Source: Azolla caroliniana (Eukaryota > Plantae > Polypodiophyta). Taken from it: 64,000 nt of DNA. Location: NCBI GenBank assembly GCA_043228905.1, contig JBHGNT010000020.1:7316001-7380000 (forward strand), read 5' to 3'. Position numbers and translations under genes: made by a program. Positions 53,729 to 64,000 of the stretch are shown in pieces. The notes beneath the pieces are model-generated. The model was given only the letters and a program-made list of their open reading frames with translations, ran no database searches and was not told the origin of the DNA. Position 1 is the first letter of the stretch. Every line of letters begins with the position of its first letter.

Positions 53729-56700
53729 GGTCCGCCAGTGATGGACGCATAGAACCCCACAATCAAGTTGTTCGTTAAAAGGCCCGAAGTGAGTGGTTGC
53801 ATCATCGATGGAGGGTCCAAAGTCAACGTAATTGGCGGGACCACCTGCCAATCCCTTGGCATTACACATTGGGATCCTTGCCCATTTTGGCTACGAATGG
53901 CGGACACTCGTTCTGTCCGACCCCTTGGCCTTATTTGACAACTCGATTTCGTCCTCAGGGGCCATACTTTCACAATCTCGGTAGTGGTATTGTACCTCGA
54001 AAGTCCCTCGATGAAGAAGTCGACAACTACCTCGATGATCACCTGAAGTTAATACCTCTGTTTGATATCGACATCGTAGAGTTGTCAGTCCCTATGTATC
54101 CAAACCAGCTGAGGAGGATTAGGATATCGACTGAGAACCTGACCCGAATTTGGTGGAGGAACTCCGGCTTGCCCGTGACACCCTAGAATGAGAATTAGCA
54201 ATATCTCAAGGCGTGAAGGCTTCGACGCTCATGGAAATCAATCTTGGCACAATCGAAGAACCACGACCGCTAAAAATTGCGAAAGAGCTCACGGTCGACG
54301 AGCATTCGACATTGGTAAGCTAGCTATCTAACTATTTTCGTTTGGTCTTATAACGATATGAAATGCCTCAATCCTTATTATTACCAGCATCAAATCCATC
54401 TAAAGCAAGACGCCAGACCTGTGCAACAATGACGTTATCGAATGAGCCCCAACTATGCGGCGAAAGTGAAAGAAGAAATTGACAAACTCCTCCAAGTCGG
54501 CTTCATTTGGCCCGTCAAGCAAGCCACTTGGGTTAGCCCCATAGTCGTCGTCCTGAAGCAAAATGACAAGATAAGAGTATGCGTCGACTATCTAAAATTA
54601 AATGCTGAGACTATTACCAATGCGTTCCCTTTACCATTCACAGATGGTGTAGTGGATGCGGTTGCGGGCCATGAGATGTATAGCTTCTTTGATGTCTTTC
54701 GCGGGTACAACCAAATTCGAATGCACCCAGATGATCAAGAAAATACTGCATTCGTTACCAAGTGGTGTGTTTTCGTAGCCGTTGTAATGATGTTCAGAGT
54801 TAAAACGTCTCCAGCCTCTTTCCAGCGGATCATCACTGAAATATTTGGTGAGTATATTCCAGGTTTCATGCAAGTATTTCTGGATGATTTTGCTGTTTAT
54901 AGCCGCCAACAGGTGTTGGGGACAAGGCCGTCAATGCAAAAGTGCAAGCAACATTCGTGATGAAGAAGAACCTGTGTATGCGTATGAGCAAGATAGACAC
55001 AGAGGGAGAGAGAGAGAGAAAGAGAGAGAGATAGGCATAAACAGTTACAACAATAGCCTTTTCTAAAGGTTACAAAGTCACTTTATATAGTGACTGTCCT
55101 AGGGCAACTGCCCTTTATGCTATTTATAGAAATAGCCCAAACTTGAGCTGTCCAAAGGGACAATGTGAATACGGCCATTATACACTCGTATTCGACACTC
55201 CCCCGTAATGGGCGTATACATGGGTTATCTAAAGAATTATAGGTATATACAAGGTTTATTGGACAGATCGGTTTTGTTAGAGTCAGCAAGATCCAAAGAC
55301 AGAAGATTGAATCGGTCGGGTCAGAAGAGCTGAAGTTGATCCTCAGAGAACCGATGTCGATGGTCCGAAACCATCCTGTGTTGTGTGTCCGACTTTAACC
55401 GGACCGATTTTTCGTTACGCCCATCTGGTGCCGAAGGGACCAGAAACGATCCGCTGAAAGACACTTGGTCATTCCATCTGCGACATTATCGATTGTGGAT
55501 ATCTTCTCTAGACCAATTTTCCCTGAAATGACGCAGTCCCGAACGAAGTGATATCGAACGTCGATATGCTTGGAGGCGTTGTGGTGAACCGGATTCTTTG
55601 ACAAAGCAACAACACCCTGATTGTCGCTGTAGACAACTGGAGCCGAGTCGGAGTCGACTTGTCGAAACGTGTGCGCCAGCCGACCGAGCCATAAATCTTC
55701 TTTTGCCGTGTCGGACGCATCTACATATTCCGCTTCGGTCGTTGAGGTGGCTGTGCACTCCTGAAGTTTCGACCTCCACGAGATTGCTCCATTGCCGAAT
55801 TTGAAACAGTATCCGGTTGTTGATTTCCGACTGTCCACACAGCCGGCGAAGTCCGAGTCAGTGTAACCGACTACGCCTGAGGTTGAGTTCGGGCCGAAAA
55901 GAATGCCATGGTGTTTTGTGCCAACTAGATATCTAAACACATGCTTGACTGCGTTCCAGTGCGATCGGCCTGGGTTGTGCATGAATCTGCTGACGACTCC
56001 TACGACGTGAGAAATATCAGGTTGTGAGAAATATCAGGCTGTGTTGCTGACGACATAAGGGAGCCGACTACCGGTGCATACGGTACCGACTTCATATCTT
56101 CCCCCTCCCGACCGGATGTTGGGCAGTCTCACTGAGAAAGCTGAAGGTTAATGGGAAGTGGGGTCGAACCAGACTTGGCCGAGTGCATGTTGAAGTGTTC
56201 CAAGACACGTCTGATGCAGTCGGTTTGAGACAAGACAAGTTGTCGTTTATCATGATGCCGACTAATCTTCATACCAAGTATGTGTCTTGCCGGACCGAGG
56301 TCCTTCATGGCAAACTTCAACCGTAGTTGCCGAATGAGTTCGTTGAGCTCTCCGGCATGCTGGCTAGAGAGTAGCATGTCGTCCACGTAAATGATGAGGA
56401 AGACAGGAGACCCGTCTTGAGCTGTTTTGGTGAAGAGACAGTGGTCCTCATCGCTCATGGAGAAGCCAACTGACTGGATGAAGTCGTCAAACTTCTTGTA
56501 CCACTGTCGGGGTGCCTGTTTCAGACCGTAGAGACTCTTCCTGAGTCGGCAGACTAGATGTTCCTGGCCGCATGCCACAAAGCCTTTCGACTGCTCCATG
56601 TAGATTTCCTCCTCTACGTCAACGTGGAGTAATGCCGTTTTTACATCTAGCTGAATCAGCTCCAAGTTGTCGGCGGCCACGATGCCGAGCATGAAACGAA

Positions 56701-59700
56701 GGGTTGTCATTTTCACCACTGGTGAAAAGATTTCAACGAAGTCGACGCCATATTCTTGTCGAAATCCCTTCGCAACTAATATGGCCTTGTACTTTGGGTT
56801 TGTCGAGTCGGACGTCTCTTTTAGTCGATAGACCCACTTGCACAGAAGAGCACGTCGATTCTTCGGTAATTCGACCAAGTCCCAAGTCTTGTTTGCGTGA
56901 ATGGAGTGCATTTCCGACTCCATCACCAGATGCCATGTGGCTGTATCGGCAGATGCCGATGCTTCTTGGTAAGACGTCGGTTCGCCGGCGTCAGTAAAGA
57001 AAATTCCGGGAGAGTACCTCTCCGGAGGTTGCGACAGTCTCTCGGATCTGTGAGGTATGACTGGACTAGTCGCACTGAGTGTCGATGTCGGATGGTCGGG
57101 AGCCGAGCCATTCGGTTGTGCCGAATCGGTGGATTCGGTGCGAGAGTTGTCGGTTACTCGTGAAACCGATCTCGTGTGGTGGGCTAGGCTATCATGAGGG
57201 TTGGCACTTCGGAGACTTGAATAGGCCTTTCGGCCGTTTTATGCATCGCCGACTCATTGAACACGACGTTCGAACTTCGGATGATTTGTCTGTGCTTAGG
57301 GTCCCAGAGTCGGTATCCAATCTCGCCATTGGGTCCATACCCAAAGAAAACGCATTTCCTTGATCTTGGTTTGAGTTCCCGGTGATCGTCTTTCGGTATG
57401 AGGGCGCATGCCTCGCAACCAAAGATTCTCAGGTTGTCATAATTCGGCTTACTGCCGGTTCATATTTCTTGAGGTATTTGAAGTCCTAGAGGTCTACTTG
57501 GTGACATATTGATTATGTGTACTGCCGTAAGTAGAGCCTCTGCCCAGAAGCCGCCCGACAGTCTAGAGTGTTGGAGCATGGATACTACGCGTTCTTGAAT
57601 CGTCCGATTCATGCGTTCATCAATTCCGTTCTGCTCCGGACTATAAGGTGCTGTATATTCACGTCAAATGCCGTGTTCCCGACAAAATTTGACGAATTCT
57701 TCAGACTTGAATTCTCCTCCGTTGATAGTTTGGAGACATTTCAGTTTCCGACCGGTTTGATTTTCGACCATTGCAAGACATTCAGAGAAGATCGAGAACA
57801 CCCGATCTTTGGTTTTGATGGGGTAAGCCCACACCTTCCGAGTCGAGTCGTCAATAAAACTAACGAAGTACGAAGCACCGTCGAGAGACCGATGTGGCAT
57901 CGGGCCACAGATGTCTGAGTGAACCAAATCGAGGGGACTCGATTCTCTTGGTGCTGATGTCGGGTGTGATGTGGCTACCTGTTTGCCATACTGGCAATGC
58001 TCGTAGAATTGGTGATCCGAGAAGGAGAGTTTGGGGATGTAACCGGCTCTGGATAGGTGCATTATGCTGGCCTTGCTGAGGTGTCCAAGTCGTCTGTGCC
58101 ATAACGATGACACGTGGATATCAACTAAAAATAAGTCACCCTCTTTGAGTGTGACATATAAAGGATACAAGGAATGTACCTTTGGTCCTCGAGCAAGCAG
58201 GAGGTTCCCTTTGTGGAGTGTCCACCCTCCTGATGAGAATCCGGCACGGATGCCAACTTCGTCAAGCTGTCCGACTGAGATCAATGGCCTTGAGAGCTCA
58301 GGAACGTGTCAGACGTTGTGTAGTACGAGTGTAGAGCCACCCGGAAGGTTGAGCTCTACGGTGCCGATTCCGATTATAGCACAGTGCTACGAGTTTTTGA
58401 CTCGAACTGAGTCGGAGTGCCGGTCCAAGTATTGCCGAAACTGAGATCGGTGAGGTGTCACATGATACGATGCGCCCGAGTCTAGGAGCCATGTGCTCGA
58501 TTCCTCAGTCATAAGCAGAACTTCTGATTCGACTGGGTTCTCTATGGACAGTATGTTCGGGTCGGTCGTCAAAATTTCGGCTGAAGAGCCGACGTAGTTG
58601 ACCTCCTCATGCTGGCTACTCTTCTGATCCGCTCTTTGAGCTTTGTTGGTTCTTGCTTTGAGTGCCCGACAGTCGTCTTTGATGTGTCCCGGTTTCTTGC
58701 AGTAGTTGTAGTTTCGGTTGTCCCGTGACTTGCTCCGGCTTCGCTGATTGTTTGGCGGTCGGGAAGAACTTCTTTCTCGGTTGTTCGATTGGTCGGTCAA
58801 ACCTTGTACTACGTAAGCTTCGTCTACCGAGTCTTTGGCGAAAGACTTTCTCCAAGCTTCTTCAGTCAGGATTGTGCTCGTGATTTCGGAGTACTTAATG
58901 GCATGTGTTGAAGCGTTGCACACGGTTGTAACGAAAGTTTCCCATGAAGAGGGGAGACTACTCATGAGTATCATTGCTGTGAGTTCATCCTCGATTGCCA
59001 TCCCCTGAGACAAGATTTGGGAGCTTATGCTTTCATACTTGTTGAGGTGTGCCTGAACCGAATCAGATTCTTTCATCCGCAAGTTGTAGAAGCGCTGGAT
59101 CAGATACATCTTCGTTGCAACGACCTTCTTTTCATAAGTTTTTGACAGTGTTTTCCAAAGTTCAAAAGCTGTCGTGCATGATTGCACTGTGAAGTACACT
59201 GACACCGACAGGTGCATCCGAATCATGGTGCGGACAATTCTATCCAGCTTTAGCCACTCGTTTGCCTTGTATGCTTCTGGAGGATTTTCATTCTCAATCG
59301 GGTCTATCTGACCCTTGACTATGAGATAGTCTTGCATTTGTTCCTTCCAGAAGTTGAAGTTCGAACCGTTGAACCTCCCTAGACTCATTTCCGATGAGCC
59401 GGATGTTGATGCCATCTGATTCGGTTTCGGTTGGGAAGACTCAGTTCGGAGTTGCCTACGAACCTTAGTGGGGTGCAGCCGGTCGACTCACTCGATATCG
59501 TTCTAGTTTGTTTTGAACCCGAGTCGGTTTGGTTTCGGATACATGTTGCTGAACTTGCTCGGAGTGACTCCGGTAACTTGAGGGACAGAACCGGCTGGTC
59601 TTCCTGAATGTTGCCGAGTCGGAGTGAGCCTGGTTACCTTCCGATTGTATGCCGAATACTGATTACAAGAAACCGATTGTTTGGGCCGATTTTGCTTCAG

Positions 59701-59830
59701 ATGACTGCAACGATGAGAGGGATGGACCCAACTAATCCTCCCGAATGTCGATCAGCCGAGTGAAGCACAAATTTGGTTGTTTCCTGGAGACCAATCTGCA
59801 GCGGGTGGTTATAACAAGCGGGTGAATAGT

Positions 59831-61999
59831 TGTCAAGATACGAACTCTTGACATAACCATGTTGTAATCGAGTGTTATGTGTTAACTACACATCTAGCAT
59901 ATAATCATGTATATACTTCCTCATTGTAGGTTTTAGCTAGCATCATGTGCATAATTTATCCCTTGTATTATTAACACTTGGCACATGCATGCGTACCTAC
60001 TGCCTACATGCTCTATTGTATCACATGCGTGCAACAGGTACGCATGCCACTTAGTATAAATAGTTGAGTTCACCTTGAAGGAATTCAAGGTGAACAACGC
60101 CAGTCATGGACATATCAATCTAGTATTCTCATTTCGCCCATCTTCTCTCCTTGATCTTCATCTCTCTCTTTATGCTCTTGTGTCATTCCATCATCGCTCT
60201 ATCGTAGCCTCATCATCTCTGCTCTATCTTAGTCCGCACTTGGTGTGTCCGTGACAGTTTGTTCACCTTCCAACTAGAAGCATCACCCATCTCCGTCATC
60301 GCCTTTGCTTCTAGAGTTACCATCGTCACCGTACCATCATCAACATCGTTTCATTTCCTATCTTCCTCACCGTTTCTATCTCCTAGTTTCTTCTCATAAT
60401 TTTCATTGGCTTTTAGTTCTCCTCATCATTGTCTCTATTTTTTAGTTTCTTTCCGGTTCGTGTTTGTGTTCTAGTTCTCGGTGAGGGCCGCACAAGGCCG
60501 CTCACTCCCGTTGGTGTTCGTGTTCCAGTTCCCAGTAAGGGGCGCATGGTCGCTCACACCCGTTCGTGTTCGAGTTCCCGGTGAGGGCCGCATGGTCGCT
60601 CACGCACGTTCGTGTTCGAGTTCCCGGTGAGGGCCGCATGGTCTCTCACACCCATTCGTGTTCTTGTGCCCGGTGAGGGCTGCATGGTCGCTCACTCCTG
60701 TTCGTGTTCCAGTTCCTGGTGAGGGCCGCATGGTTGCTCACACCCATTCATGTTCTTGTGCCCGGTGAGGGCCGCATGGTCGCTCACTCTCGTTCGTGTT
60801 CTAGTCTCCGGTGAGGACCGCACATGGTCGCTCACTCCAGTTATTTTTCATGTTCCACATCCCAGCGAGGACCGACATGGTCGCTCATGCCCATTGTGGC
60901 TCATGTTCCAGTTCTCGGTGAGGACCACACATGATCGCTCACGCCCGTTGGTTTTCGTGTTCCAACTCTCGGCGAGGACCAACATGGTCTCTCATGCCTG
61001 TTGGTGTTCATGCTCCAATCTTCGGTGAGGACCACACATGGTCACTCACTCCAACTATTGTTTGTGTTCCAGATCCCGGTGAGGACCGACATGGTTCCTC
61101 ATGCCCGTTGTTGTTCATGTTCTAGTTCCCGGTGAGGACCACACATGGTCGATTACTCCCTTTCGTGTTCCTGTTCCCGGTGAGGGCCACATGGTCGCTC
61201 ACTCGTTCATGTTCCATTTCTTGGTGAGGACAACATGGTTGCTCACGCCCGTTGGTGTTCGTGTTCCAACTCTCAGCAAGGACCATTCCAATTCCCAGCA
61301 AGGACCCCACATGGTTACTCATGCCCCTTGGTGTTCATGCTCCCCATGAGGACTGCACATGGTCGCTCACACCCGTTGATATTTGTGTTCCAGTTCTAGG
61401 CGAGGACCACACATGGTCGCTCATGCTCGTTGGTGTTAAATACCTCGTCTTGTGGAAGGGTTACTCCTTGTCTAGGGTTTACAAAATACTTTGGAGGTGA
61501 TCTAAGATTTTCATCAACAATATCCCCTTAAGCCGACAAACGATTTGGGAAGGCATCGTTGGAGGGGGGATAATGTCAAGATTCGAACTCTTGACATAAC
61601 CATGTTGTAATCGAGTGTTATGTGTTAACTACACATCTAGCATATAATCATGTATATACTTCCTCATTGTAGGTTTTAGCTAGCATCATGTGCATAATTT
61701 ATCCCTTGTATTATTAACACTTGGCACATGCATGCATACCTACTGCCTACATGCTCTATTGTATCACATGCGTGCAACAGGTACGCATGCCACTTAGTAT
61801 AAATAGTTGAGTTCACCTTGAAGGAATTCAAGGTGAACAACGCCAGTCATGGACATATCAATCTAGTATTCTCATTTCGCCCATCTTCTCTCCTTGATCT
61901 TCATCTCTCTCTTTATGCTCTTGTGTCATTCCGTCATCGCTCTATCGTAGCCTCATCATCTGTGCTCTATCTTAGTCCGCACTTGGTGTGTCCGTGACA
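59831..61999 (+). mobile_element. Non-autonomous LTR element D (TRIM/LARD-like) with putative self-priming, inserted in the Copia C 5' leader
   Basis: 426-bp LTRs 59831-60256 and 61574-61999 (about 4 differences by eye); TSD ATAGT/ATAGC; PPT GGAGGGGGGATAA; no coding capacity; no TGG-type PBS. Confidence 0.92.
60470..61435 (+). repeat. Tandem array of about 20 units (46 bp and ~54 bp) inside element D
   Basis: Core GTGAGG(G/A)CC..ATGGTCGCTCAC at 60581, 60627, 60673, 60719, 60765, 60811 (period 46), then period ~53-54. Confidence 0.9.
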
Positions 62000-64000
62000 A
62001 TAGCGTCCGGTGACCTATTCGGATGCCGTTTAACCGAATGAAGCACGATTGGGTCGGTTGTTGCACAAGGAGCTCCCCTCAAGCGGTTACAATCACAGGA
62101 ATAGAGTACAGCTGGCTGGCTTACTCCAATTTGTGATTTAACACAGTGAGATGCGAGCTTTTTGTTTTTCTTCTTCCTTCTCTGTTCTTCAAGGAAAACG
62201 AAAACAGAATGTTGTGTGGTGTACTATGACGGCCGACAGCGGGTTGAAGAACCTCCAACACTCTGATACCAAATGTTGGGGACAAGGCTGTCAATGCGGA
62301 AGTGCAAGCAACATTCGTGATGAAGAAGAACTTGTGTATGCGTATGCGTATGAGCAAGATAGACACAGAGGGAGAGAGAGAGAGAGAGAGATAGGCATAA
62401 AGAGATGTTTTATTCCTCAATAGCAACAACTACAACAACAACCTTTTCTAAAAGTTACAAAGTCACTTTATATAGTGACTGTCCTAGGGCAACTGCCCTT
62501 TATGCTATTTACAGAAATAGCCCAAACTTGGGTTGTCCAAAGGGACAGTGTGAATACGGCCGTTATACACTCGTATTCGACAACAGGAGCACCTCAACCG
62601 ATTACGACTATGCCTGGAATGATGTCGGCAAGCTTGACTAAGCCTCAATCCCACGAAAGGCGCATTTGGCGTATCTAGCGGCGCCCTACTTGGGCATATC
62701 GTGACTCGGGAAGGGATGGCAATGGACCCCGACAATGTCAATACTATTTTGGCCACTCCGGCCACAACAACTGCGAAAGCCCTCGATTGATTTTTAGGAC
62801 AAATTCGATGGCACAACCGTATGCTCCGCCACTTGGCCGACTTCGCGACTCCCTTACATGCGGAGGTTCACCGAAAGCCCTTTCGATGGACATCAACAGA
62901 GGATGAAGCCTACATGGCCCTGAAGATTATTTTGTCTCACGCACCTATAGTACAACCACTCGATTGGTCACAAACTTTCCACGTGTTCGTCTATGCATTA
63001 GACGTGGCCATCGGTAGCGCACTCATGCTGATGACGTTCCCTAATAGTATCAACCAATATACTACGCCAATTGATGTCTCTCAGCCACCGAAAAGAATTA
63101 CTTGACTAAGGAGAGCGAAGCGCTTATGATGATATATAACATTACCTTCTCGGCTGAAAATTTACTTTTCATGTCGACCACTTGGCGTTACTTTACTTGG
63201 TAACGAAGCAATCTCTTATAGGCAGGTTGGCTTGATGGATGCTATTACTACATGAATTCGAATTCGACATCCATCATCGCCTAGGGGTCCAACATGATGT
63301 GGCCAACTACCTCAGTCACCTCGAATCGGGGGAGCTAGTCGAAGCCGTACCCAATGATCTTCCAGATGCTGAGATTTTTGGAATATCCTCGAGACCGCCT
63401 AATCCAAATATCGAAGACAAGTGGATTGATGAAATGACTCACTTCCTCAACACCGGTCTCCCCCCTTGAGGAATTGTCCCTCGACAAAAAGAAGCGACTA
63501 GTCGTCTGTAGTCGGAATTTTTGTTTACTTCATGACACCTTATACCACAGGGGCGCGGATGGCATATGGCGCTGATTAGTCTAAGAATTCGAAAAAGACG
63601 CCATCCTTCGTGACGCACATTATGGAATAGCAGGAGGACATAACGCCAGTGATGCTACAACTCACAAATTCTGGCAGAGTGGATTATGGTGACCGACAAC
63701 ATAGAAAGATGCTCACCAATTTTTTCGAAAATGCGATCTCTACCAACGAATGGGCCAACGAAGTACATTATTGTTGCAATTGACTACTGCACCAAGTGGA
63801 TCGAAGTGAAAGCGCTTTGGGATAACATGACCGCCTCCATGGTGAAATTCTTCTACGAATACCTCTAGTGTAGATTCAACTGTCCCATTGAATTAATGAG
63901 CAACCAATGTCATAAGACTTCGCGAGTATGTGTCCGAATGGGGTGGGACTACCGGGGTCCTAAACAAAGGAGCCAGTAAAGATGGGGTAAGCGGGAGAGA

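Larger units (their letters stand above)
54914..62582 (-). mobile_element. Copia family C element with both LTRs
   Basis: TSD ACAGG; LTRs 54914-55197 and 62274-62582; PBS TGGTATCAGAGT 62260-62271; PPT 55198-55206; gag 59415-58387, INT, RT (YVDD), RH 55982-55395. Confidence 0.93.
51215..64000 (+). mobile_element. Decayed non-chromoviral (Athila/Tat-like) Gypsy G3 gag-PR-RT-RH-INT, interrupted by a solo LTR and Copia C
   Basis: CFHCKKPGHYAMQC; IIDGGSKVN; MSPNYAAKVKEEIDKLL..GYNQI..FLDDF; SRQQ|EHLNRLRLCL rejoins at 62583+; KYIIVAIDYCTKW. Confidence 0.82.

Noticed and set aside
60470-61435. CRISPR-like array of palindromic repeats
   Set aside because: Linkers are homologous to each other rather than unique spacers; no cas genes; eukaryotic LTR context

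Overview
Eukaryotic plant genomic DNA. The retrotransposon types suggest a seed-free plant such as a fern, lycophyte or bryophyte (inference). One intact host gene is present: a spliced MOS1/BAT2(PRRC2)-like gene, CDS 26163-34672 on +. It is surrounded by deeply nested, mostly decayed transposable elements. These comprise three Copia families (A, B, C), a tRNA-Trp-primed Gypsy with a 4-bp TSD, a Tcn1/Tf1-type chromovirus remnant, an Athila/Tat-like Gypsy remnant, two LINE remnants and a hAT MITE. Most insertions could be delimited by TG..CA ends and TSDs read by eye. The most notable item is a young non-coding LTR element at 59831-61999. It has no tRNA PBS but shows a Tf1-like self-priming structure (11-nt R/PBS duplex plus a 16-bp R/U5 stem) and an internal array of about 20 bulged hairpins. 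Other notable items: a tRNA-like Pol III A/B-box module antisense in two different Gypsy LTRs; all three TSD-flanked family-B Copia copies having a 5' LTR cut to 75-125 bp; two -1 frameshift signals; and a templated copy of the gene's own upstream and 5' sequences inside intron 3. All calls are by eye; no searches were run.
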